Source of the DNA: a virus
Lineage: Duplodnaviria > Heunggongvirae > Uroviricota > Caudoviricetes
IMG/VR virus record: IMGVR_UViG_2690316316_000011
Location: 1 to 30,935 of that record
Length of the DNA: 30,935 nt
Direction: 5' to 3' (one strand)
Shown piece by piece: positions 1-13,031 of this stretch. Within the stretch, counting starts at the first letter, position 1, and each line of letters opens with the position of its first letter. A program made the translations under genes and the position numbers. The notes under the pieces are model-generated. The model searched no databases, was not told the DNA's origin, and saw only the letters and a list, made by a program, of their open reading frames with translations.

Positions 1-456
1 ATGAACAAGAAAGGAATATTTTTAATCATAGCGTTACTTATTTTTATTTTACTACTATTGCTTATATTCGCTAAGCTAAATTTTAATGTAAATACTGCCC
101 TCGCTATATTATCATTAATTTTAACAGTGCTATCAGGTACGGACTTAGTCAAAAAGTACACTACGGTCAAATCGACAAATAAAAGCCCTATAGATATGTG
201 GATGGTTTTTGGTATTGCTATCTCCGCTGTTTCTATGTATGGATTATATATAGACCCCCAATTATCCCCTTTAGAAGGTTTAACTATTTGTATAGTATCA
301 CTTATACTTTTTGTTACTGTTTTAGTTTCGGCTTTATTAAATTACAAAAAAATAAAGAAACCAGATGTTAGGGAAATAATGAAACAAAGTCATTCGGTTT
401 TTAGAGAAAACGAAGAAACCATTACTATTACAACAACCATAAAAAAAGCCCCGTAA
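1..456 (+). CDS. small integral membrane protein, unknown function
   Basis: Complete 151-aa ORF with about four hydrophobic helices (e.g. IFLIIALLIFILLLLLIF, WMVFGIAISAVSMYGLYI, LTICIVSLILFVTVLVSALL); stop codon lies in the loop of a terminator hairpin; very AT-rich with no AGTACT copies. Confidence 0.5.
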   Translation: MNKKGIFLIIALLIFILLLLLIFAKLNFNVNTALAILSLILTVLSGTDLVKKYTTVKSTNKSPIDMWMVFGIAISAVSMYGLYIDPQLSPLEGLTICIVSLILFVTVLVSALLNYKKIKKPDVREIMKQSHSVFRENEETITITTTIKKAP

Positions 457-468
457 GGGGCTTTTTTA
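441..468. terminator. bidirectional Rho-independent terminator
   Basis: AGCCCC-gtaa-GGGGCT perfect hairpin (447-462) flanked by A7 upstream and T6 downstream, between convergent ORFs 1-456 (+) and 482-1276 (-). Confidence 0.7.
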
Positions 469-481
469 TATTTCACAAGAT

Positions 482-1276
482 TCATAGAATAGGAGAGTAA
501 ATTTCCACTTCAGGATAATAAGCTCTAAGGTAATTTATAAAACCTTCATAAGCATTAAGAAGAGATATTTTATGTGAAATCAAATCTTGTTCTATTATCA
601 GTGCTTTATCGGAAGGTAGCTCATCATAATTGAAATGACAAAGAAGATTATGATTCGCACCACCAAACACCTGAATGTTTCTATTATCGGAAATCGGCAA
701 ATGTCCACATATGATATAATCAATATTTTTATACGAATCAATGAAGCTTTGGAAATGACCGTGGAGTAACTTATCATTTAACGGATAGCCCGCTGGAAAA
801 TCCCTTAAAATACTATCAAACTGATCTCCAAAAATAAGAAGATCGGTGTGAAAAGAATTAGGTAAAGTTTCAACCAATGAACGTACCCTCGCAAACGGTG
901 TAAAGTGGAAGTAAGCGTTTAAAAAGTCCACATCTGACTGTCTTTTTTTATCTGAAAATAATGTATTATCGGTTGCACTCTGTATATAAGCCTCATGTTC
1001 CCTTTTGATTTGATGCAATTTTTCCACTGTATAAGTGAATGGATCTCTATCAACAAGAATATGATCATTTGCACAAAGCAGGATAAGATTTTCATAAGAA
1101 TTGTCATTTGCTAACAGGTCATCGCCCCTTGGTCCTTTTGGGCTTTTGGCTATTACATGAGCCATTTGTCCGATGTGAACCTGCTCTTTAAAAAGAGAAG
1201 TTCGGCAAATATTACATTGCCCAGCGGATAGGCCATACAATTTTTTTATTGCTGCTGTAGTAATTGCATCACTCAT
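482..1276 (-). CDS. HNH-type nuclease domain protein
   Basis: 264-aa ORF; N-terminal zinc-finger HNH signature C-x2-C ... H ... N ... C-x2-H (CNICRTSL...HVIAKSPKGPRG...NLILLCANDH); C-terminal ~150 aa not recognised. Confidence 0.55.
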   Translation of the reverse strand: MSDAITTAAIKKLYGLSAGQCNICRTSLFKEQVHIGQMAHVIAKSPKGPRGDDLLANDNSYENLILLCANDHILVDRDPFTYTVEKLHQIKREHEAYIQSATDNTLFSDKKRQSDVDFLNAYFHFTPFARVRSLVETLPNSFHTDLLIFGDQFDSILRDFPAGYPLNDKLLHGHFQSFIDSYKNIDYIICGHLPISDNRNIQVFGGANHNLLCHFNYDELPSDKALIIEQDLISHKISLLNAYEGFINYLRAYYPEVEIYSPIL

Positions 1277-1336
1277 AAATCAAATCCTTAGATTGCTATT
1301 TTATTAACTCAAAATACATATTAAAGGAAAAATCTT

Positions 1337-1633
1337 TCAGCTTCCACCAACCATAATCAATAGCACTTGCAAAAGTTGTCCTAATGGAACTTGGATCACA
1401 ATAATTCCAAAAGCATCAAGTACTGGTACTATGATCCAGTTATAAAAAATGATGAGTGTAATCACAAAACCAAGGGCATTACGCCAGTGGAATGACACTT
1501 TTTCAATCTCTTCTTTGTTTGTTTCAATCTGCCCCTCGGAATTTGTTTTTTGTACTTCCTGCTCGACTGTCTTCTTCTTGATGAAAAAATCCATTCCCGT
1601 ATTTAATAGCTCTATAATTGTACTTATAATCAT
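1337..1633 (-). CDS. small membrane protein (possible holin-like)
   Basis: 98-aa ORF, hydrophilic N-terminus and two C-terminal hydrophobic helices (ALGFVITLIIFYNWIIVPVL, GIIVIQVPLGQLLQVLLIMV); 4-nt ATGA overlap with the upstream gene. Function is inferred only. Confidence 0.35.
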   Translation of the reverse strand: MIISTIIELLNTGMDFFIKKKTVEQEVQKTNSEGQIETNKEEIEKVSFHWRNALGFVITLIIFYNWIIVPVLDAFGIIVIQVPLGQLLQVLLIMVGGS

Positions 1634-1941
1634 TCAATAATCCCCACACAATATCCCCAAAAGTGCTTTCCCTTTACAAATAGCTTCTTGCTTTCGATTA
1701 AGTACACGTCCATTTCATCACCCTGTAGTGACCATGTGAGTACTTCACCATCTTTAAAACTTTGCTTTTTCTCGTAGCAGATATTCATAAAGCACTCAAT
1801 CTGTATATCTGCTTTCTTCAATTGCTTCTGGAACTTCTTTCCGAGAAAGCATTTATTGATTGGCATACTGTTACCATCTGGTGTAGTACCATTCAGTGTT
1901 ATCTCACTCGTAAGTTCACCATAGTGTTCTTCAAAATTCAT
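1630..1941 (-). CDS. hypothetical protein
   Basis: 103-aa ORF in an operon-like minus-strand run, translationally coupled to neighbours; no recognisable motif. Confidence 0.35.
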   Translation of the reverse strand: MNFEEHYGELTSEITLNGTTPDGNSMPINKCFLGKKFQKQLKKADIQIECFMNICYEKKQSFKDGEVLTWSLQGDEMDVYLIESKKLFVKGKHFWGYCVGIIE

Positions 1942-1942
1942 T

Positions 1943-2512
1943 TTATCCCTTTTTTATAACAAACGATCCCTGTATACCTGCAAGAACAAGTCTTGCCCCC
2001 TTCTCTGCTTCTGCATAGAAATCATAAATGATTTTACGTTTCTTACTTTCACGCAATCCAATTACTCGCTTTTCTTTCTTCTTCTGGCTGGTATCAATCA
2101 ATCGCTCTTTACCATTCTTCCCTTTAATGACCTTATAACGCCCATTTGATAGATTACGTTTCAACCCTGCAATGTTACCGAACCGATCAAGACGTGCTTT
2201 ACTCGTTGGTACAAACTTATCAATGGCCTTTTCCTGAATAAGTACGTCATATAAGTACTTCGCTTGTAGATCCTTCACGAGAATTGTACTGCGAACATCA
2301 TTACCAACTTTCTTGTACATAAAGAGAATGGAACGCTGAGTGAAAGGTACTGCTCCTTTATCGACGGCATTGTTTAAGTCCATTTGCATTTTGGCTGATA
2401 ACGCCCTTGACCTTTTGATTATTTCATTCTGAAAGTAACGTCCGAGACGTTGACCCGTTGTATTAAGATAGGTTGTAGCGTTATTCAGTCCTGTTATTCT
2501 GCCTCTGATCAT
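1943..2512 (-). CDS. hypothetical basic protein
   Basis: 189-aa ORF, Lys/Arg-rich C-terminus (KGKNGKERLIDTSQKKKEKRVIGLRESKKRK); tightly packed with flanking genes. Confidence 0.35.
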   Translation of the reverse strand: MIRGRITGLNNATTYLNTTGQRLGRYFQNEIIKRSRALSAKMQMDLNNAVDKGAVPFTQRSILFMYKKVGNDVRSTILVKDLQAKYLYDVLIQEKAIDKFVPTSKARLDRFGNIAGLKRNLSNGRYKVIKGKNGKERLIDTSQKKKEKRVIGLRESKKRKIIYDFYAEAEKGARLVLAGIQGSFVIKKG

Positions 2513-2514
2513 AT

Positions 2515-2967
2515 TTACCTCACTCCCAACATTTCAATCAAACTCTGTAGCACCCGGAATAATTCGATTCGATTCTTTGGTAATCGGGATTTGCACAAAA
2601 TGGCTTTATTAAGATTATCAGGATGTAAACCGTAATAGCTAATCAATGCAGTTTCAATTAAAGTAGCTTCGGCATCTGTCTTAAAACAGTACAGAATCCT
2701 TTTTGAGTACTCCATACCTGAATCAATCATGGCATTTACACTTTTACTGCTGCCCGTATAGTCCATCCAGTTACTTTCAGTTGATGTACTCTCAAGGTTT
2801 GAAATGTCTTTGATACCTTTATATATCTGCTTCTTCCCGAAGTAGTACTCTCCCGTTTCGGGAAATTCAATTAAGTACACAAATGAACAGTACAGACCTT
2901 CATTTACTTCCTTGACATCCCATTGTTCTGGATCGAACATCGCCCAGTTGTTATTAATTCTCATCAC
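2515..2967 (-). CDS. GIY-YIG-like endonuclease (putative homing endonuclease)
   Basis: 150-aa ORF; N-terminal 'VYLIEFPETGEYYFGKK' has GIY-(10-11 aa)-YIG spacing, followed by a conserved-looking Arg and an E..LI segment (AEATLIETALI). Confidence 0.45.
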   Translation of the reverse strand: MMRINNNWAMFDPEQWDVKEVNEGLYCSFVYLIEFPETGEYYFGKKQIYKGIKDISNLESTSTESNWMDYTGSSKSVNAMIDSGMEYSKRILYCFKTDAEATLIETALISYYGLHPDNLNKAILCKSRLPKNRIELFRVLQSLIEMLGVR

Positions 2968-3004
2968 TAAATACCCATATGTAATTTATATAGGTATTTA
3001 GTGA

Positions 3005-3448
3005 ATGGATTTAAAAAGCAGACTTAAGGAATATGAAGGTACGATTGCCTATCAGAAAAAATTGAGGTACTTCCGTAATGGAAAATTCTTCCCATACTCT
3101 GATTCATTGGGATTCAGTACTGTCGGATATGGTCATTTAATCAAACCGGGAGAAAATTTCAGTACTGGATTATCCCCGAATGAGGCAGAGACTTTACTTG
3201 ATAAAGATATTGCAGTTGCCCGGACAGGATTAAGCACATTACGTTTAGGTACTCTTCCTGCCGACATTGAGGACTATCTGATCATCATGATTTTTCAGTT
3301 AGGGGTGAATGGCGTAAGTAAATTCAGAAAACTACTGGCAGCGGCAAAGGCGGGAGATCGTGATGGTATGCGGCGTGAGTCCGTTGATTCATTATGGTAC
3401 AGACAAACGCCAAACCGGGTAAGAGATATGAATAATAAATTGAAATAA
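3005..3448 (+). CDS. endolysin, T4 lysozyme-like muramidase (GH24)
   Basis: 147-aa ORF; N-terminal catalytic Glu region (EYEGTIAYQ...VGYGH) and C-terminal 'SLWYRQTPNRVRDM' closely parallel T4 lysozyme 'SRWYNQTPNRAKRV'. Confidence 0.85.
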   Translation: MDLKSRLKEYEGTIAYQKKLRYFRNGKFFPYSDSLGFSTVGYGHLIKPGENFSTGLSPNEAETLLDKDIAVARTGLSTLRLGTLPADIEDYLIIMIFQLGVNGVSKFRKLLAAAKAGDRDGMRRESVDSLWYRQTPNRVRDMNNKLK

Positions 3449-3450
3449 CA

Positions 3451-3475
3451 AAGGGGCATTACGCCCCTTTTGTCT
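3451..3475. terminator. bidirectional intrinsic terminator
   Basis: AAGGGGC-attac-GCCCCTT perfect 7-bp stem followed by T-rich tract (ttgtcttttc); sits between convergent lysozyme and the 3459-3731 ORF, overlapping the latter's stop codon. Confidence 0.6.
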
Positions 3476-3731
3476 TTTCGAGAATTGTCAGAATACGTTC
3501 AATCTTCAAATCCAGTTGATGAATTTGATCTTCGAGATTACGTAATGTCTTCTTCATTTCATCCTGCTCTGTTTCGAGGCGGTCTATACTGCTACTGTGT
3601 AGTTGTATCTTTGCTTCAATCTGCGAAACTCGCGTGAGTAAATCTTCAGTATCAGAAGAACTGTCACGGAATATCGTATAAAGAAAACCAAGGCCAGCGA
3701 TAACAAGAGCAAAAATAGTACCGAAATCCAT
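3459..3731 (-). CDS. membrane-anchored coiled-coil protein (possible lysis-associated / spanin-like)
   Basis: 90-aa ORF; N-terminal TM helix (IFALVIAGLGFLYTIF) followed by a heptad-like coiled coil (IEAKIQLHSSSIDRLETEQDEMKKTLRNLEDQIHQLDLKIERIL). Adjacent to endolysin; function inferred. Confidence 0.35.
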   Translation of the reverse strand: MDFGTIFALVIAGLGFLYTIFRDSSSDTEDLLTRVSQIEAKIQLHSSSIDRLETEQDEMKKTLRNLEDQIHQLDLKIERILTILEKTKGA

Positions 3732-3768
3732 ACATTATGCCTTATTATTGTTATTATGAGTATTTATA

Positions 3769-4416
3769 TCAATAGCCAGTGAAACTTGCTAAAGCAATTT
3801 GAAATCCGCTGTTCCCCATTGCCTGGCGATATGTCTTCTGGTTTTTATTCACATACTGTAAAGAGAATGAAGTACTGCTATTCCTTTTAATCAAAATGCC
3901 AGAATAACCAACTGTACCGCCATCATCGGATATGTTGCCCGGACACTGACTAATGCATATCCACGGATCGGCAAAACTCGTTGTAAGCGTCAAGGCAGTA
4001 CCGAGATCATGAGAGGATGGCACGGTAAGAAAACCCTGAATACGTGGCATTGTACCCGCACTGGCAGCAGACCAGATCAATGTTCCAGCACTGTTATACA
4101 CATCAAGGTAGCCTGATGTAAGAGCCGTAGTATTACTGGAGAGCATGAACCGCCCTGAACCTGCCTCGAACATTGCCGAGCCGGGAAAGCAGTACTTTCC
4201 ATTCGTCTGTAGCTGAAACCAGCGTAGCCCCGTATTCGGGAAGAAATTTAGGGGCAAATACCCCAGCGTACTCCCGTTACCAAAGGCACTGTTAATGAGA
4301 TAGTAACCTGTGTCTGAGAGTGTACCCATTGCTTTAACGGAACTCATTACGACCGATTTATTATCGGAATCAATCGTAAGAGCACCTGCTGAATTGTAAA
4401 CCTGAAAACCTGACAT
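3769..4416 (-). CDS. tail-tip associated protein, unknown function
   Basis: 215-aa ORF directly downstream of the J-like gene; Gly/Ser/Thr-rich; N-terminal motif GFQVYNSAGALTIDSD resembles the N-terminus of the neighbouring 101-aa ORF. Confidence 0.35.
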   Translation of the reverse strand: MSGFQVYNSAGALTIDSDNKSVVMSSVKAMGTLSDTGYYLINSAFGNGSTLGYLPLNFFPNTGLRWFQLQTNGKYCFPGSAMFEAGSGRFMLSSNTTALTSGYLDVYNSAGTLIWSAASAGTMPRIQGFLTVPSSHDLGTALTLTTSFADPWICISQCPGNISDDGGTVGYSGILIKRNSSTSFSLQYVNKNQKTYRQAMGNSGFQIALASFTGY

Positions 4417-4424
4417 AGTTATCC

Positions 4425-8312
<3,888 letters not shown>

Positions 8313-8328
<16 letters not shown>

Positions 8329-8936
8329 GTTTGATCCTGATTCACCTGTCCTAATAAACTAAAGTATTCATCCCCTTTATAGAGAGATTGATATACTGAA
8401 TTGGCGGCAATCAATGGCGGCTGTCTGTCCAGCTTCTTATAAATGCTGTTCACATAAACTGTCATTTCATTCGTTTTTTCATTTGGATCGGCTACTGCCT
8501 GAATGTAATCAATAAATCCTGAGAACATCAGCATTGAGTACAATACAGTACTGTCATAGGGATTCAGAATAACGAGTGTAATATTCATCTGTGCATCTTT
8601 AAGGAATCCCCCTAAAGCAAGTGCTCTTACACTCGTGTTCACATTACTAATTTTGAAGTTAATCGCATCGTTATTGATCCCCTTCTGTTCGCTGAAAGAA
8701 GGCAATGAACCACTAATGATATCGGGAAAACTAATGTACTGGTTGCCATTCAGATCAATATCAATAAGTGAATCAGTCCAGTGAAAACCATTTGTACCTT
8801 TCGGGAGTACATCAAAACAGGTAACATGAACACCTAAACTCATTACATCCATGACACTAAGGCGTGGTTTAGTCGTGCCCCGAACTAACTTCCAGTACTT
8901 TAATAATGTTGCGTTAGTTAAAATACTCTCGTCCAT
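8313..8936 (-). CDS. minor tail protein (gpL position)
   Basis: 207-aa ORF, synteny only; overlaps downstream gene by 16 nt. Confidence 0.4.
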
Positions 8937-9493
8937 CAGATGATATTCTCCGTTGCTTTTAATGTAATATTCATTATGTTACCTACGGGCATTGTATAAT
9001 CATTATCGGGATCTAATATTGCTTCAATCTGAATGTTGTTATAGATAATAGCCTCATTTGCCTGCACGGTATTTTGCAGTACAGGAAATACGGTTAATGA
9101 GGTACTGGTACGATCAATAATTCTGTATATCTTTTTATGATTCGTGAATTGTATTAACTCACCAACTGTTATTGAATTATTATTAGTAGTTATTACCCTT
9201 GTACCCTTTGAAGCGATTGACTGACTTGTTAATGCCCCGCTCTGTGCTCCCCTGTAAGCACCCATCAATCCGAGCGATAATGTGAAGGATTTACCCTGCG
9301 AATACTGAGCCAGAAAGTTTTGAACCTCCCCAATACTGGAAGGATTGAAACTTAACTGAAACTGAATCTCATAGTATTGAATACCCGTACTTCTCATGAT
9401 ACGTTGGCCTGTCCATGTTTGATTTGAGTAAACAGGTTCAGTACTTTTAATCTGGAAGTTTGTTATTTTTATTTGATTTGAAAAGGATGCCAT
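8936..9493 (-). CDS. minor tail protein (gpM / distal tail position)
   Basis: 185-aa ORF, first minor tail gene after the tape measure; synteny-based call. Confidence 0.4.
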   Translation of the reverse strand: MASFSNQIKITNFQIKSTEPVYSNQTWTGQRIMRSTGIQYYEIQFQLSFNPSSIGEVQNFLAQYSQGKSFTLSLGLMGAYRGAQSGALTSQSIASKGTRVITTNNNSITVGELIQFTNHKKIYRIIDRTSTSLTVFPVLQNTVQANEAIIYNNIQIEAILDPDNDYTMPVGNIMNITLKATENII

Positions 9494-9494
9494 A

Positions 9495-10067
9495 GTGATA
9501 CCTCGAATATCTTCTTTCTTTATTTATTTGAAAACCTCTTTTCTTAATTTTTTTAGGAGGCTTGATTGGCAGGCCGCATCGGTTATAGTTGCTATGATTT
9601 TGTTTGGAGCACAAATAGGCTATAACACATATGATAAATGGAAGGAAAGTTCAGATAATGTTTTTAAAATGCGTGTAATATTATTAAGCGAAATAAACAA
9701 CAACCTTATGGCTCTTGCAACTGGCGGCGATGATTCTCAGGTATTAGGTACTTACGAAATTTGTATTCCTTTACCTGCCGGAGATACAGAAGCCATTAAA
9801 AGAGTAGCAACCGCCGTTTCCTATTTGCATGATGAAGTATATTTTTCACAATTAGAAAAGTTAGCATCACTTCCTAAAAAAGAAGTAGATGCGATAGTGA
9901 AAAGTTATTATTCATTATCAAGATTGCGTACCCTTTCTACGCAACTTGACTTCAATATCAACTATTCACCGTCTAAGGTAAAATTAATGAGAGATGAATA
10001 TTACAATCTTTATAGCTTAACAAGCTCTCTATCTAACTATTTGACTCATCACACTGAAAATCCCTAA
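9495..10067 (+). CDS. opposite-strand moron ORF, hypothetical membrane protein
   Basis: 190-aa ORF antisense to the tail operon, filling a 585-bp gap between tape measure and minor tail genes; N-terminal hydrophobic helix (AASVIVAMILFGAQIGY); AT-rich, no AGTACT copies. True start may be an internal Met. Confidence 0.3.
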   Translation: MIPRISSFFIYLKTSFLNFFRRLDWQAASVIVAMILFGAQIGYNTYDKWKESSDNVFKMRVILLSEINNNLMALATGGDDSQVLGTYEICIPLPAGDTEAIKRVATAVSYLHDEVYFSQLEKLASLPKKEVDAIVKSYYSLSRLRTLSTQLDFNINYSPSKVKLMRDEYYNLYSLTSSLSNYLTHHTENP

Positions 10068-10077
10068 TTTGAATTTC

Positions 10078-12297
10078 TTAAGTATTCCGTCGCTGACTGC
10101 TTCTCACGGCCTGAGTAACGCTATTAGCGTGTTTCTTCAACATCTCATTGAATTTCTTATCATCACCCGCAACGTCTCCCTGAATGATCAAGGGGGCGTT
10201 GACGGTGATATCTCCAGCGGTACTGCCGCCTTTCTCCTGAGTATCGAGGAACTTAGTCAGCTTCTTGTTAGCTTCTGGCTGTACTACACGCTCACCGGCT
10301 TTCAGTACAAAACTTTTGTTGTCCATACCAGCGGGTAATTCATCTACACCGCCGTGGAACTGCCCACTTGCAGCCCCCTTCGCAGTACTGATAATGCTCA
10401 TACCTAACGATAGTACCTGAGCGTAGTTTGCGAGGCTTGCGGGCCACGGCGTAGCAAGAGCCTGTGCTAATGCTGATTGTATTGATAGTACTGTCTGAGC
10501 AATAGTAATGCCCTTACTCAATGCAAATGCCGCCTGTGCCGCCCCTGAAGATTCACCAAACGCTTCTACCATGCCATCACTTAAGGATTGAGCCGTATCA
10601 CTGAATATAGTCAATTGTTGGTGTGCATTCAGGTTACTGATATCGATAGCCTGAGCGTTATACTTTGCCGTAATCTCTGCCTTTCGCTTTTCATAATCTT
10701 CATGACCCTTCAGTAATAAATCATTCTGCTGAAGTTCTGCATTCATGGCATCCTGATTATCTTTCAGTAATTGATCGGTATTATCATAACTTAAGGGATT
10801 ACCACCATTGATACGCTGATTTTGCTGATCTGTTAGGAATGATTTTTGAGTACTGTTCAGTACACCAGAAGAAATTAAGCTATTTGTATCTTTCAGACCC
10901 TGATTGGGATCTTGATAACCAACCATTGAATTGATTAAATCATTACGTTGTTTAGTACCAGAAGCATTTGCGGCATCGACATATTCTTTAAGTTGCTTTG
11001 GTGATATTCCAAGTACCTGAGCACTGTCCATAATCGTCTTAAGAAGGGCTTTCTGTTGCCTGTCGAACTGCTGTAGGCGTACTTTGAAACCCTTTTCCCC
11101 GACCTGAGCAAGTGCTGTTTCAAGATTACGCTGTGCCTGTAGCCTTTTTGCATCAGCCTGCTTTTGGGCTTGTTCTGCCTGTTTCCGTAGCTGATCGGCT
11201 TTCTTCTGAGCATCCTCACGTTCTTTGGCTTCGTCTTTCCAGCCACCTTGCGGAGCCGTAACAGTAGCTATGTCATTACGAAAGTTGTTAACGAGTCCTT
11301 CAAGATTGGCCTGAGCACTGGCGTACACACTCTGCTTGCCATTATCCATACTGCCAGTTTGCAAGGCTGCACCCTGATAGTTTAAAGCCCCGGCGGTGCG
11401 TAACTTTTCCCATATGTCTAAAAAGTCCTGTAATGTTCCCTTAGACGTTTTAATCTTCTCGTTCAGATCTTCAAATAGTCCTGCTTCATGGGGCTTCTGA
11501 TTGGCGGCATCCAGTACTGCATTCATTGCCCCCACGAGTGGATTCAGACCATCAGCGATAGTACCTTTGATACGGGTAGTCAGCTTATCCAGATTCTTAT
11601 CGAACTCTGCATAGTTAGCTGCTGCCTCGTTACTCACGGCGGCGTTCTGCCCCTGTATGTACGTCATTGCATCGGCTTCAGTATTGAACTGCTGAAGAGT
11701 ACTGATCATGTGGCTTGAATCACTCGCCAGTGTTTCCATGACGTTGACGATTTCGGCCTGTGACTTACCTGCATCCCGCATGGCATAAAACGTGTGGATC
11801 ACGGCCTGCATACCGCCATCTGCTTGTTTAAGGTACTTGTTATATTGCTGTAGGTTCAGCCCGTACTCTTTCAGGTCATCCGATACACCACCACCAGCAC
11901 GGAACGCATCACCAAGTTTATCGAGCGTATCCTTGTTGAAATCCCCAAACTTATCCATTTCAAGCCCAAGACCGCTAAACGCCGCCGATAGCTGCTGGAG
12001 CTGCATGACGGACAATCCAGTACTACGACTGATTTCATTCATTTCACGCACATATTCGCGGCTTGAATTGACCAGTGCAGTAAGGCCACCAATACCAATT
12101 GCAGCAGCCCCCGCTAAACCTGTCATTGCCGTACCGAAACCACCAGCAAGCCCACTAAAACTGCCAGTGAGATCTTCAATCACACCGCCAGCATTTGAAC
12201 CGAATTCTTCAAGTGATGAGGTGCCTTGTCGCAAGGCACGCTGTAAACCTGACGTATCCCCGTCAATATCAAAACGAATTCTATTATTATTTGCCAT
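10078..12297 (-). CDS. tail tape measure protein
   Basis: 739-aa ORF immediately downstream of G/GT chaperones; N-terminal Gly/Ala-rich segment (GLAGGFGTAMTGLAGAAAIGIGG), long Q/A/K-rich helical stretches. Confidence 0.8.
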   Translation of the reverse strand: MANNNRIRFDIDGDTSGLQRALRQGTSSLEEFGSNAGGVIEDLTGSFSGLAGGFGTAMTGLAGAAAIGIGGLTALVNSSREYVREMNEISRSTGLSVMQLQQLSAAFSGLGLEMDKFGDFNKDTLDKLGDAFRAGGGVSDDLKEYGLNLQQYNKYLKQADGGMQAVIHTFYAMRDAGKSQAEIVNVMETLASDSSHMISTLQQFNTEADAMTYIQGQNAAVSNEAAANYAEFDKNLDKLTTRIKGTIADGLNPLVGAMNAVLDAANQKPHEAGLFEDLNEKIKTSKGTLQDFLDIWEKLRTAGALNYQGAALQTGSMDNGKQSVYASAQANLEGLVNNFRNDIATVTAPQGGWKDEAKEREDAQKKADQLRKQAEQAQKQADAKRLQAQRNLETALAQVGEKGFKVRLQQFDRQQKALLKTIMDSAQVLGISPKQLKEYVDAANASGTKQRNDLINSMVGYQDPNQGLKDTNSLISSGVLNSTQKSFLTDQQNQRINGGNPLSYDNTDQLLKDNQDAMNAELQQNDLLLKGHEDYEKRKAEITAKYNAQAIDISNLNAHQQLTIFSDTAQSLSDGMVEAFGESSGAAQAAFALSKGITIAQTVLSIQSALAQALATPWPASLANYAQVLSLGMSIISTAKGAASGQFHGGVDELPAGMDNKSFVLKAGERVVQPEANKKLTKFLDTQEKGGSTAGDITVNAPLIIQGDVAGDDKKFNEMLKKHANSVTQAVRSSQRRNT

Positions 12298-12378
12298 TCT
12301 TATTTCCTAATACCTGATTCCTGATAGCGTCACCTATTGATTTAATATCATTGGCCTGAGCTTCTTTTTTCTTCTGTT

Positions 12379-12974
12379 CTACACTTCTGCTTTTTCTTGT
12401 GTAGTGAGATCGCTATTAAGAACATCCAGAAAATCAAAATCAGCAACTTTGATACTACGCCGTGCCTCTGGCGTGAGATTCCCATTACTTATCGTGGTGT
12501 AATAGCACTGATAAGCATGTTTCAACATCTCAATTTGCGTACCTGTCGGTTCTATATAGGCATCGTAAACCATAAGCATATCGAGTACTTCAGGATCTAA
12601 ATTAAAGTACTCATCTGGTGATAAACCACGTTTATTGACCATTTTACAGAAGTACCGCAGATGGCTATCACTTCTTACTTTTTTTCGACTTCATCCACTG
12701 GATTACTGTCACTGACAAGTTGAATAATTGCCTGATAAATTTTACCCTGCATAACATAATCTATACTGTTGACATTAATACGCCCATCAATATCTTCATC
12801 AGAGAAAATAGGATCACCATTTTCATCTTTAACACAAAGAATAAGAGTATTTGCTACATCAGTACAGTTTGCAAAATCGCGACCATTTGGACGGTGGATG
12901 TAGAGCGTGAAGCCTTCGATCTCAAATGGTTTTAGCTCTGGTTGTAATTTCTTTTTTAGTTCTATTAAATTCAT
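12379..12974 (-). CDS. tail assembly chaperone frameshift fusion (gpGT-like), made by -1 ribosomal frameshift
   Basis: The -1 frame is open from the slippery site (...KK-VRSDSHLRYFCK-MVNKRGLSPDEYF...) into the 87-aa ORF 12379-12642; the frame relation (codon phase +1 in coordinates) matches a -1 shift. Confidence 0.65.
12675..12974 (-). CDS. tail assembly chaperone (gpG-like)
   Basis: 99-aa acidic ORF between major tail candidate and tape measure; ends ...VDEVEKK* with a slippery heptamer immediately before the stop. Confidence 0.7.
   Translation of the reverse strand: MNLIELKKKLQPELKPFEIEGFTLYIHRPNGRDFANCTDVANTLILCVKDENGDPIFSDEDIDGRINVNSIDYVMQGKIYQAIIQLVSDSNPVDEVEKK
12678..12684 (-). promoter_or_regulatory. 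programmed -1 frameshift slippery heptamer A AAA AAG
   Basis: Minus-strand mRNA reads GTC GAA AAA AAG TAA; A_AAA_AAG in the zero frame directly before the G stop codon. Confidence 0.7.
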
Positions 12975-12992
12975 CTGTTATCTCCATATACG

Positions 12993-13021
12993 AAAAAGGG
13001 AAAGTTAATAACCTTCCCTTT
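12993..13021 (-). terminator. intrinsic terminator-like hairpin downstream of major tail gene
   Basis: On the minus transcript AAAGGGAAGG-uuauuaa-CUUUCCCUUU followed by UU; pairs perfectly only on the minus strand (one G-U), A-C mismatch on plus. Lies between the 167-aa gene stop and the G gene start. Confidence 0.45.
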
Positions 13022-13031
13022 ATTTATTAAA

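Noticed and set aside
919-1640. Short ORFs 919-1107 (-) and 1449-1640 (+)
   Set aside because: Nested in or antisense to longer, better-supported ORFs (HNH protein; 98-aa membrane protein); no independent signals.
11792-12310. 172-aa plus-strand ORF inside the tape measure gene
   Set aside because: Pro/Ser/Ala-rich low-complexity translation that mirrors the antisense of the Gly/Ala/Gln-rich tape measure; no start context; shadow ORF.
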